Positions 37,901 to 48,511 of a stretch of 64,000 nucleotides of DNA are shown here, piece by piece. The DNA lies in NCBI RefSeq assembly GCF_036321535.1, contig NC_087472.1, positions 94,118,001 to 94,182,000 of the forward strand. Direction: 5' to 3'. This stretch comes from Camelus dromedarius (lineage: Eukaryota). Under the pieces are notes generated by a model. It ran no database searches. It worked only from the letters and a program-made list of their open reading frames with translations, and was not told where the DNA came from. Numbering within the stretch: the first letter of the stretch is position 1; each line of letters opens with the position of its first letter. The position numbers were made by a program, and so were the translations under genes.

Positions 37901-40870
37901 TGTTTGCTGCAAGTTGGGCTCCCCCTACGCAGCGGAGATAGTCCTTCCTCAGAGCTGTCTGTGGTAGGGAGCAGGAGGTCACAGAGCCAGAGGCAGCTGA
38001 AGGAAGGCCCACCCTTGGCGGTGTCTGCATGCGCAGTGAGCTTCCAGCGAGTGCTGGCAAGAAGGGGCGTTGGCGGCTCTTGGGGTGTCAGAAAGCCCGG
38101 GACCAAGAGGAGAACCTATGGATTCCAAGCAACGCAGTGAGTGTTGTGTGACTTTGACGGGGGGGGGGTGGTCCTCATCCGTTGCCCCTCATCCCGCTTG
38201 TGGAAACAGGATGGCTGGGGCCTCCTGGACTCCCGGCAGTTAGGATTCCCTACCTGTGAAGTGGTGCTTGTCTGTGCACTTGAGTCCGTGTATTGTGACC
38301 TCAATGCTGCTGTTTTGAGTCCCACCCTCTGATGCCCAGGGATGCAGCCTGAGGGGCCCCCATGAGAAGGAGGACACCATGAGGAGGAAAGCAGCACGGA
38401 GAAATCGGCAAATTGAATCCTGCACATTCCACGGTGTGGCGTCGGGCTGACTTTCAGGAATGCCGGAAGAGCGGGATGGTTCCTGAGAATCTCTCGACCA
38501 GGCAGGAGGTCTGGGCGGGTGGGTGCGACCCCGCCGCTCTAGAGGGTGCCCAGGTCTTGCTGATGAGGAGGCCGCAGTTTGGGAACAACCACTCTCCTGC
38601 GTCGCTTAAGGTCAGCACGTGCCAGGGACCGATTTGCTCTTCTGATGAGCAGGGAGTAAGTTAGCAAAAGCTGCAGAACGTAAAGCAACGGAACAAACCA
38701 AACGGTTCGGGTTTCAGTTGACGGAGGTCTGTCGGGTAAGTCTGGGCCCGTTGGCCCTGTCGGTACTGGCAGTTCAAAGGTGAGGACTGTGTGGCGGACT
38801 GCACGGGTGAGTAAGTGCTGTAGACAGCTCAGTCTCCTTTGAGCACGTTGGCGGGCGACGGAGCGTTGGGCAAGGGAATAATAGTACTGCCAGCTATTCC
38901 GTGTGGGCCGGGACAGGCGCTAAGGGCTTTTGTTTCTCCTGTCCTTTCAGAGTCACCCGTGAGGCAGGTGCGGAAACGTTCCCCGTCTCGCGGTAGAGAC
39001 ACCGAGGGTCAGAAATCGCCTTCGTCAGGCGCGGGGGGAGCAGCCGGGCGAGCTGCGGATGGACACGAGACGAACGGACCCAGACGTGTGCTGTTGAAGG
39101 CGAGGAAGAGGAGGCTTCCCACCGGATGGAGGTGTGTGGGCTGTGTGTTCCGGGCAGGTGAGGCGTCTTCTCCCCGGTAAAGCTGAGCGCCAACAGGATG
39201 CAGCCGCTGCTGCTTTGTGGAGGCTTCAGGTACATCTCCCCACCACTTGGGGAGGACGCAGAAGGGCACCGAGCGCCCCAGTAAGTCAGCGTGCTGGGAT
39301 GTGCGGCGGGGCCGTCACAGCCCGAATCCCTGCCTGGCCCTGGCTTGCTGAAAGCGACAGCTCGGTTCATGGGAGGGTCTGTCCCCGACGCTCCGGAGTG
39401 CCGTCCCGTCGTCAAGCGAGGTGCTCCTCCATCGGGCCCGGGACCTGCCCGAAAGCGGTCAGAAGGTTTTCGGGGCGATGTTTTCGTCTCCATCCAGAGC
39501 TACGGAAAACTTGAGCTGGGACCAGTGCAAAGAAGCCTGGGAGAGGGTTCTCCACGGCAGCAACGGGCTCCACCCTCATGGCAGCATAAAGGGGTCAGCT
39601 TCCCCCCTTGTTGCAAGCCGAGGGCCAGAGGCTTGTGACTTTTGCCCCCGTGTGCCGAGCTCAGCGGGACGCTCATCGCAGACCCGCTGACTGAGTGAGT
39701 GAACTTCCCCCTGTGAGCAAAAGCAGCTCCCCCGGGCCGTTCCCTAGCGCACAGGTGTTTGCTGCAAGTTGGGCTCCCCCTACGCAGCGGAGATAGTCCT
39801 TCCTCAGAGCTGTCTGTGGTAGGGAGCAGGAGGTCACAGAGCCAGAGGCAGCTGAAGGAAGGCCCACCCTTGGCGGTGTCTGCATGCGCAGTGAGCTTCC
39901 AGCGAGTGCTGGCAAGAAGGGGCGTTGGCGGCTCTTGGGGTGTCAGAAAGCCCGGGACCAAGAGGAGAACCTATGGATTCCAAGCAACGCAGTGAGTGTT
40001 GTGTGACTTTGACGGGGGGGGGGGTGGTCCTCATCCGTTGCCCCTCATCCCGCTTGTGGAAACAGGATGGCTGGGGCCTCCTGGACTCCCAGCAGTTAGG
40101 ATTCCCTACCTGTGAAGTGGTGCTTGTCTGTGCACTTGAGTCCGTGTATTGTGACCTCAATGCTGCTGTTTTGAGTCCCACCCTCTGATGCCCAGGGATG
40201 CAGCCTGAGGGGCCCCCATGAGAAGGAGGACACCATGAGGAGGAAAGCAGCACGGAGAAATCGGCAAATTGAATCCTGCACATTCCACGGTGTGGCGTCG
40301 GGCTGACTTTCAGGAATGCCGGAAGAGCGGGATGGTTCCTGAGAATCTCTCGACCAGGCAGGAGGTCTGGGCGGGTGGGTGCGACCCCGCCGCTCTAGAG
40401 GGTGCCCAGGTCTTGCTGATGAGGAGGCCGCAGTTTGGGAACAACCACTCTCCTGCGTCGCTTAAGGTCAGCACGTGCCAGGGACCGATTTGCTCTTCTG
40501 ATGAGCAGGGAGTAAGTTAGCAAAAGCTGCAGAACGTAAAGCAACGGAACAAACCAAACGGTTCGGGTTTCAGTTGACGGAGGTCTGTCGGGTAAGTCTG
40601 GGCCCGTTGGCCCTGTCGGTACTGGCAGTTCAAAGGTGAGGACTGTGTGGCGGACTGCACGGGTGAGTAAGTGCTGTAGACAGCTCAGTCTCCTTTGAGC
40701 ACGTTGGCGGGCGACGGAGCGTTGGGCAAGGGAATAATAGTACTGCCAGCTATTCCGTGTGGGCCGGGACAGGCGCTAAGGGCTTTTGTTTCTCCTGTCC
40801 TTTCAGAGTCACCCGTGAGGCAGGTGCGGAAACGTTCCCCGTCTCGCGGTAGAGACACCGAGGGTCAGAA

Positions 40871-41085
40871 ATGGCGGCTCTTGGAGTTTCAGAAAGCCCG
40901 GGACCAAGAGGAGAACCTATGGATTCCAAGGAACGCAGTGAGTGTTGTGTCTCATGGAGGGTTTTTGTTCCTCATACTTTCCCACTCATGCCGCTTGTAG
41001 AAACAGCTTGGTTGAACCCTGTTTTATTCTTAGTATTTGGTATTGAAATTGTGTGAGTAGGTGACTGGTTTCTACTTCAAGTCAG
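40871..41085 (+). repeat. Terminal diverging partial unit, homologous to unit positions ~941-1160
   Basis: Near-identical to the unit over 40871-40950, then progressively AT-richer homology (CTCATGCCGCTTGTAGAAACAG vs CTCATCCCGCTTGTGGAAACAG). Confidence 0.9.
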
Positions 41086-41976
41086 AATGTAACATTTAAA
41101 TTAGTCTACTTAGCGACACCTTTAAATAAACATCATGCCATTTTTATGACTTACATTTTCCCGTTTATTTTTTTGTGTAACCGAAAAGAACTAAATTTAA
41201 ACCTAAAGATGCAGTGAAATAGCTGATACTTATTTTCAAAGATTTCAAAATAGCAGATGTGTTACTTTGTTAGGTTTATTGTTAGTTTAAGTTATTAAAG
41301 GTAATGAAATCTGTATTCCGATCCTAAATTATAAAGTTCAATTAAAATTAATTTTTCAAACATATTTTGTAAAAGCATTGAGGTGAAAAGTTTAAATATA
41401 TGAAAAACATACCAAAATACTTAATCACGTGGAAATATCTTGGTATTGAAGACATACTTCGTTTTTTTTTTTTTTTTTTAAGATCATACTTACCTTTGTT
41501 AAGTAGCTGGTAACAGATGTATTTCAAAATTTTTAAGACTGAAATATATATGTGTTTTTAACGTAAGTCTTTCTGAATCATAGCTTCTTTGCCTACAAAA
41601 ATTTTTTTTAATTCGTTGTTGTGATCATTGGAGGCTAATTGAAAGTTTGGTTAGGAAAAAAGTTTGCCTTTGATATAGAAAGAAGCTTATCCAATTGTCA
41701 GAAATAAGATTTTTAAAAAATTTTTTTAAGTCTACTCATTTATTTACAAAGTGCTAAAATGTGCATTGTGGTGAAAGCACTTTTTTGAATGTATTGAATA
41801 TTTGAAAAATGATTTTTATCTCTAGACAGTAATATTGAACATTAACAAAGTTATTATACCCATTTTTGTATGTCTTTATTTGGTTATTGCTTATTTTAAA
41901 AATTGGTTAATTTGTCATAAAGGCCATTTATTAAATTCCCCTTTTGGAAAATTAAATTTAAGTGCTGTGACTTTCC

Positions 41977-42088
41977 AGTAAGTTGAGCTAAATATGAATT
42001 CTGGTGGACATCATTAGCTTTACGTGCTCAAAAATTTCGTATTGTGTTGGCAAATTGCATTGCAGGTTTGCTTTGGGGAATTGTATTT
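41977..42088 (+). ncRNA. Candidate structured intronic RNA element, copy 1 (double hairpin; degenerate H/ACA- or miRNA-like)
   Basis: Two hairpins (GAGCTAA/TTAGCTT; GGCAAATTGC/GCAGGTTTGCT), conserved with 46895-47007. Confidence 0.3.
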
Positions 42089-42286
42089 CCTAAAATCTCC
42101 ACTTAGGAGACTGAATTGGAGACAGTTCCACCATAACACCACTTACAACGTGGGTACCAAAGTGATAAATTTTTGGCCATATTCAACTATCCAATGGATT
42201 GATTGAGGTTGAATTCCATGATAGGATATAAACATCTATTTTTTATTAATTTAATAGCAAACCTTTATATATATTATTGAATGATC

Positions 42287-42318
42287 TCTTCTGATTCTGC
42301 TACTCTCCTTTCTTCCAG
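42287..42318 (+). other. Putative branch point, polypyrimidine tract and 3' splice acceptor
   Basis: CTCTTCTGATTCTGCTACTCTCCTTTCTTCCAG|A; the homologue at 47201-47233 is CTCTTCTAACTCTGTTGCTTTACTTTCTTCCAG|A. Confidence 0.55.
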
Positions 42319-42544
42319 AAAGTGTTCTCCTAAGTCCTGCCAGGCCCTGTGGGAATTCCTGGGCTGCTGTCCTGCAGGGTGATGTGTGTTGTATCAGGAG
42401 CCTGGAGGCAGGCACCCATCAGCGTATGTTTCTTCTTAAGTTAGGCAGTGGCCTGAGGAACTTAAATGTGGGTGACTTCACATCAGACTCTAATTAGAGT
42501 TGGGCAAAGTGTGTCTTTGTCAGATGTAATTTGTTAATAGGTCT

Positions 42545-43110
42545 CTGTGGGGTCCCCAGACCACCTTCAGGTTTGGTGATTCTTTGAAAGATCTGAGAAA
42601 ACTCAGAAGAGTGGTTCCACTTAGGCTTCCAGTTTATAGGGGTGCAAGAATCCTAACTAAAAATAGTATCAAAGTGAAATGGGGCAGAAGGAGAAGCCCA
42701 GGAGAAACCAGGTGCCACCTTCCAGTCGTCCTGTTCCCATGGAGTCCCGTGCGCTGAGCTGAATTCTCCTAGCACCGGTGTGTGACCACAGGTGCAAGTG
42801 TTGCCTGCCAGGTAAGAGCCTCCTAACTTTGGTCACTTAAGTGTAGAAAGTCCCCGTGAATGACCTTAGCTACTACTTCTCCAGTCCCCGTGGGACAGAG
42901 GTCAACCTGAGACCGTGTGGTTCAAAGCCCCAGGCGTACAAAACCAGACATTTCCCGCAGAACACCTTGATGACAGCATCAACTCTGTGGTGTGGCCCAA
43001 AGCCTCGGGTACACAAAGACTCCTGTCCCAGGCACCATCCAAGGGCTCAGCAGAGCGGGTCCCGTCTCAGGCTGTAGACCTCAGGCAGGTACAGATTTCA
43101 GTAACTCAGG
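42545..43110. mobile_element. MER21-like LTR
   Basis: GGGGTCCCCAGACCACCTTCAGGTTTGGTGATTC...ACTCAGAAG resembles MER21. It interrupts the homology with the 47.6 kb paralogous region. Confidence 0.6.
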
Positions 43111-44062
43111 CCTGCTGATTTAGAATTTTTGTGGCAGTTAATAAATTCATATTCTTACGTATGGTACCTTTTATCATATATAATGTGTATTTTTGCAATA
43201 AATGAATAATTTTATAACTTGTTTTTTATTTTGCCACTCTGTCAGTTATTTGAAATGTAGTGTTTCACTTGCCTTTTATCGCCTGGAAATACATAATCAT
43301 GATTATCAACCTATAAAATAGTTATCTTGATTACTTTCTGATGTTTCTATGCCTAAATACCTATTTTGGTCTACTTCAATTCTTCAGGGACTTCAATTTC
43401 TCAGAATACTTTTAAAGATTTAGGGTGATCATTTTTATATGGGTGACATATATGAGAATATAGTCCAGACTTCATGTACAACAAATTTAACCTGTGGGAA
43501 AACATAATGAGTATTTGGATGAATTACAAATTATTGTGACCAGAGTAGATGAGAAACTGAAAAATGTGACAAGTACTTATGCAATTCTATATTAATAATT
43601 CAGAAAACAACTATTTTTCTAGAAAAAGAAACTTTGGATTTTACTTCACAATTGAGAAGCAGAGAATGTTACCATGATAATCACTGAAGGGATAAATTAA
43701 ACAAACTAGAAAATACTAATAAAAATTTTGGCACTAGAAATTCCTCCCAAACATTTATTTAATTGCACATTTGTTGTTTACTATTAGCACTACCCTGTCC
43801 CCAAATTTACAATTCCACTTTTAGGAACCGCTCACTGTAAATTTCATTCCATGTTATTTTAGTGGAGTTCACCCTTTCCCACACCCCCTGAGTGAGAATG
43901 CAGAAACTCCATTGATCAATCCTTTACCCCCCAGGCCAAAACACATAGGGTAGAGGTTAACACATAACCCACGATAGTTTAGTGTGAGGTCTTTTCTTGA
44001 GGTTTCTGAAAAGACGAGGTTGGCTCCTGCTCCCGTTGGTAAAGTCGGGCAGCACAGGTTAG

Positions 44063-44235
44063 AGTAGTGGTTCTGAAACTTCCTGTATATTAGAATCTTC
44101 AAGGCAGCTTTGAAACATTTGGTTTCTCAGTTCCTACTTCATGTCAATCAGAATCTCTGGTTGTAAAACCCGTGCTTCAGTTATGTTTAAAGAATCACCT
44201 GGGGATTTCATTTTGCAGAAAATATGCGAAACCGT
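44063..44235. mobile_element. MER5B-like DNA transposon
   Basis: AGTGGTTCTGAAACTT...ATTAGAATC...AATCAGAATCTCTGG matches MER5 hallmarks. Confidence 0.55.
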
Positions 44236-44249
44236 TGGTCCAGGGAAGA

Positions 44250-44430
44250 GTCTTTTCAAACTTTGGCGGGCATTGGAATCCCTGGCAGATTTGTTAAATC
44301 TGGTTGGTTGGCCCAACCTCACCCTCCAAGGTTGTTTAAGTAGGTATGTGTAGATGAGGCTGAGAATTTGCCATGCTAACCCGTGTTCAGGTGATGCTGA
44401 TCAGGGACCACACTTGGAGAATCACTGCTC
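44250..44430. mobile_element. MER5A DNA transposon
   Basis: TGAGAATTTGC...CAGGTGATGCTGATCAGGGACCACACTTGGAGAATCACTG is a typical MER5A end. A second partial copy lies at ~44500-44640. Confidence 0.7.
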
Positions 44431-44699
44431 TGTGGAAAGACCTGAATATGCCCTTAAGAAGTGTGCTCTGCTTCTGAAGGGGCAGAAGTAGGAAAAAATA
44501 TTTTTTCAGGCTAGAATTATTGGGCTTCTGATCCCTACTTGATTGTCTGATTGGGTGGGACCCCTGAGAATTAGCTTTCTAAGAAGATTCCAGGCTGTGC
44601 CACTGCTGGTTTCAGGATCACCTCTTGGGCACTGCTGCTCAAGCCTACCCTCTGTCTTTTGAATGTTGTAGATTGAGGCTAATATTTGTTTAATGATTC

Positions 44700-44930
44700 C
44701 TAATGAGAACTACTATGTTTTGTACCAGGAGCTGTACTAAGGCTTTATGTGTATCATCTCATTTCAGCTCACTGCATGAAGAACATTGAAATATCTGTCA
44801 TCTACCAAAAAAAAAAAAATAGTGGCAATCAGAATTTAATTACTTTCCTCATGCCTCAAGGCCAAAAAGTGGCAGAGCTCAGATGGGAACCCAGAAAAGC
44901 AGGACCCCAAATCTGTGTTCCTAAGCACAA
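44700..44930 (-). mobile_element. MIR SINE
   Basis: ACTATG...GTACCAGGAGCTGTACTAAGGCTTTATGTGTATCATCTCATTT...AAGTGGCAGAGCTCAGATGGGAACCCAG. Confidence 0.75.
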
Positions 44931-45834
44931 AGAGAAGGAAGAAGTTTACACCAGATGAAGGTGCCTCCCCCATGTCCTTCTTGGCAGGTAAACCCTTCCT
45001 CTAAATCTTAGGCCACAGCAGTATGTAGCCACTACTGCTTTGTGGTTGTTTAGGCCTGTTTTCTCACCTGTCGGAGAGGATAGGACACCTCCCCATATTG
45101 CCTATAACGAAAGGTGCTATGAGTGAAGATGTTGCAGGTCAAACATATCCCTGAAAACCTGCATTGAACTGGATGTTGAAAGCAGCAGTTTCTCCTAACA
45201 TAAGAATTTGGCTGGAGATTCCAAAGGCTAAAGCCATAAATGGTCAAGTACCCCTATACTCTAAAGTGAGTGGTGGGTGATCTTGTAAAGGAACTGGACC
45301 CGAACTGGACCCAAACTGGTTCTGCATGCATTAACTCATCACTCAGAGAAGCAATATGAAAGAGGGAGGAGACACTTGCCACCCTGGCAGGCATTTTTTT
45401 CCACACTCATAAGAGGAGGGAGTTTGCTTTCCCCATGTTTCAAGCCAAGTGCAAAGGGCTTCAGAAAGTTTGCCCCAAGCCAGGCCAGCCCCGAAGTAAA
45501 CTCATTACAGACACAAGGAGTGGTCTTCAAACGTCTAAAAGAAAAGAGGCTCCCTGAGAAAGTCGGCTAGTCCAAAGATGGCTGTTTGGATGATTGGTCC
45601 AAGGTAGGGCTGGAGATGATCCATTATTGAAAATATTCTCTTGAGTATAACAAGGAGCTCACAAAGCACAAGAGAGCTGAAGGAACTAACCCACGTGGCA
45701 GCCTCTGCATGCATGCTTCAGGCTCCTAGAATGATGGGACGGAGCGATATTGGCTGCTCTGGAGGCTCTGAACCTTCACTGGTCAAAAGTGAATCCCCTT
45801 GTGCCAAAACAGCACAGTAAGTGTTATGTGCAGT

Positions 45835-46025
45835 TATGGTGGGTCTCAAATGTTAGCATGCATTGCAGCCACCCAGGAGGCTTATTAAAACTTAGATGGT
45901 GGAACTCTTCTCTATCTCCAGAGTTTCAGATTCAGTACATCTGGAGTGGGGTCTGGGATTTTGTGATTCTAATAAGTGCACAGGTGATGTTGGTGCTACT
46001 GGTTTGGGGGAACCACTGGTTTAAC
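45835..46025. mobile_element. MER5A DNA transposon
   Basis: CCAGAGTTTCAGATTCAGTACATCTGGAGTGGGGTCTGGGATTTT...CAGGTGATGTTGGTGCTACTGGT. Confidence 0.75.
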
Positions 46026-46894
46026 AGCTAGGGCTACTTTGGAAGGGATATATTCTGAGAATTAAACCAACCTAGATAAATTGGCAACCTAGAGGTTCTT
46101 GGTGGTGAGATCTGAGTGCCTAGTGTCAGGAATGCTAGAATAGCAGGGATCTCACCATTTGTTTTCTTTTAATTGAAATGAAATAAAACCATTCAATTTT
46201 GATGAAAACATCCAAATTGAAGTTAAATTTTATATAACTTGTTTGAATGTATATATTCATTTAGCAAAAATTAAATGTGTCATTTAGTTAATAAATTGAT
46301 CATACAACCAAAAAATACCCCCCAAATCTATAATTATGAACTATGCAGTCACTTAAGAAATGCTATAATTTTGTTTTGTGAAAAAAATATTAGAAATACT
46401 GCAAACTGCTGCAAATTTAATCTAAGTTTCAAAGGTTTGCAGAAGAGAAATGTATTTGCCTATTAGGAATGATTCTTACTGAATCATATAATTAATTCCT
46501 CAAAGCCAATATTTATTAGTGAAACATATGTGAGTTTGCAGGACAGATTTAAAAGAAATTGATTACAGTACTGTATTTGAATATTAAAGTGTTTAAAATA
46601 TTTTAAAAATATTAAATAGCATTTGAACACTAACAGTTAAAATAGACTCATTTTTAAAATATGTTAAACTTTTTATCATGGTGAAATTCTTAATGTATTT
46701 AATATTCAAAATAATGTTTTTCATCTTCATAGTGATAATAGACGTTAGCATTGTTCTTATAACCATTTTTGGTGTGCTTTTATATTTGGTCATTGATTTT
46801 AGGAAACTTGATAATTTTGCAGTGTAGGCTTTTGCAAATTGGCCATTCATTTAATTACCCATTGGGAAAATTTGTTTTCAGCAGGTTGGTTTTC

Positions 46895-47007
46895 AGTAAG
46901 TTGAGCTAAAGATGGACTCTAGCGAACATCATTAGCTTTAACTGCTCAGAATAATTCCCATTGCGTTGGAGAACTGCACTGCAGTTTTCCTTTGAAGAAT
47001 TACCCTT
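46895..47007 (+). ncRNA. Candidate structured intronic RNA element, copy 2
   Basis: Hairpin 1 (GTTGAGCTAA-A-GATG / CATC-A-TTAGCTTTAAC), then AGAATA (ANANNA) at 46948-46953, then hairpin 2 (GGAGAACTGC/GCAGTTTTCC), then ACC+3 nt. Confidence 0.35.
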
Positions 47008-47964
47008 CCTACTGTCTGAATTGGTGAAGTTCCTATAAAATTAATTCTTTCCTCAGCTACACTGTGTTTGCATAAACTAAGCTAATAACAGGGTACCATA
47101 TTCAAGTAACCGATGGATGAATTGATATTGGCTTCCTTGACTAACAAGCTATAATTTTTTAAAAATTGGAACCTTAGCTCTAGTAACATAGTAGAAATAG
47201 CTCTTCTAACTCTGTTGCTTTACTTTCTTCCAGAAGGTGGATTCCTTGCTACTGATCTGTTTTGTGGACATTCTGGTATTTTCAGTGGAGTCACATTAAT
47301 GTCACTTAATTCTCTCACCAGTGATGTGTGCAAACATGTCCATGTTTTAGTGAAGAGATTCCCATCCCCAGCTCCACTGGTTGCATAAACCAAACTGATC
47401 AAAAGAGTGCATGCTTTTATTAGCTTGGTTGATATATAACCTTGTGTTCTTTGGAATCCTAACTCATTTAGTATAGTTAACATATCTTTCCTAAACTTGC
47501 TGCCTAGCTTTCTGCTGGCAGGTTAATACCCTGCTACTGCTCTCATCAGTAGTATTTCTGATGCTATTTTTCTTAAGTGGCATGTTGAAACAAACGTGGG
47601 GTCAAGATTCCCTGGTGTAATGCTTTTGGGCAGAGATTTTGTCAGATCTTTTTTCTGAGCTCTAGATAACTTGGGAAGATAGGCAAGATACCTTCCAACA
47701 ACCAGTCAGCAATTCATTATCTGAGCTGCTTAAAGAATGTTTTTAGAAATATTCTGAACCCATCAGATTCCTGGAATAAATAAAATACTATATTTGATCC
47801 ACTGTTATTTATGTTTTCTATTTTATATAGCTGAGCATAATCTCAGTTGATAGAATCTTTAATATAAGTAAAACTAATTTGAATTGCTTAATGTAGTTTT
47901 CTGACTATACAGTCATAAACTACTGTTTGCATTGGCAGGTTCTGTTTTATGTAAAACCAAATGT

Positions 47965-48078
47965 TACAAGTGATAAAAGAAAATAAATCGGACTTAATAA
48001 AATTGAAATATTTCAAAGACACCATCAAGAAAGTAAAAAGACAATGCACAGAGTGGGAGAAAATATTTGCAATAATCT
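47965..48078 (+). mobile_element. L1 ORF2 fragment
   Basis: AAAGACACCATCAAGAAAGTAAAAAGACAA...GAGTGGGAGAAAATATTTGCAA is a conserved L1 segment. Confidence 0.75.
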
Positions 48079-48127
48079 ACACTTTTAGCCTCTTTTTTAA
48101 GTCATAAAAGATATGTTGAACCTGGGA

Positions 48128-48511
48128 TGTTATGGACTGAATTATATCCCCCCAAAATTCATATGTGGGAGACCTAGCCCTCAAGGTGACTTTATTTGGA
48201 GGCAGGGCTTTTAGGGAGTTAATTAAGGTTAAATGAGATCATAAAGGTGGGGCCATAATCTGATAGGACTGTTGTCCTTAAAAAAAGAGGAAGAGACACC
48301 AGAAATCTCTCTTTCCACATGTGCACAAGGAAAGGCCATGTGAAGAGACGGTGAGAAGGCAGAAGTTTGCAAGCCGGGAAGAGATGCTTGACCTGAAACC
48401 AATCCTGCTGGCACCTTGATTTTGGACTTCTAGCCTCCAGAACTGTGAGAAAATAAATTTGTTATTTAATCTACCCAGTCTGTTGTTATGGCAGCCTGAG
48501 CAAACTACACA
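48128..48511 (+). mobile_element. MLT1A/B-type MaLR solo LTR with 5-bp TSD (TGGGA)
   Basis: TG...CA ends; CCTGCTGGCACCTTGATTTTGGACTTCTAGCCTCCAGAACTGTGAGAAAATAAATT; TGGGA at 48123-48127 and 48512-48516. Confidence 0.9.

Larger units (their letters stand above)
1..40871. repeat. Macrosatellite: 22 complete head-to-tail units of 1854-1860 bp plus a 30-bp partial unit; likely continues left of the window
   Basis: Sequence and ORF pattern recur. Unit starts (TCTCGCGGTAGA) are at 1, 1858, 3716, 5575, 7435, 9293, 11152, 13012, 14870, 16729, 18587, 20442, 22296, 24150, 26004, 27858, 29712, 31566, 33421, 35276, 37131, 38986 and 40842 (partial). Unit length = 1845 + poly-G length. Confidence 0.99.
44250..46050 (+). 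repeat. Ancient diverged monomer of the macrosatellite unit
   Basis: Collinear anchors: CACCAGATGAAGGTG / CACCGGATGGAGGTG; GGCAGGTAAA / GGCAGGTGAG; GCCACTACTGCTTTGTGG / GCCGCTGCTGCTTTGTGG; TGTTTCAAGCCAAGTGCAAAGGGCTT / TGTTGCAAGCCGAGGGCCAGAGGCTT; AGCTGAAGGAA; TCTGCATGC; TTGGCTGCTCT / TTGGCGGCTCT. The left boundary is approximate. Confidence 0.8.

Noticed and set aside
24..40871. The many recurring 60-199 aa ORFs as a tandem gene family (DUX, USP17, TSPY-like)
   Set aside because: They overlap in all frames, show no recognisable domain and cross MIR/MER5 remnants; several are frameshifted by the poly-G. This is expected in GC-rich DNA.
1..40871. CRISPR array or imprinting control region
   Set aside because: Eukaryotic sequence with kilobase units and no spacers; no ZFP57 TGCCGC motif was seen in the unit.
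45291..45319. 11-bp tandem GAACTGGACCC, about 2.6 copies
   Set aside because: Ordinary local slippage duplication.
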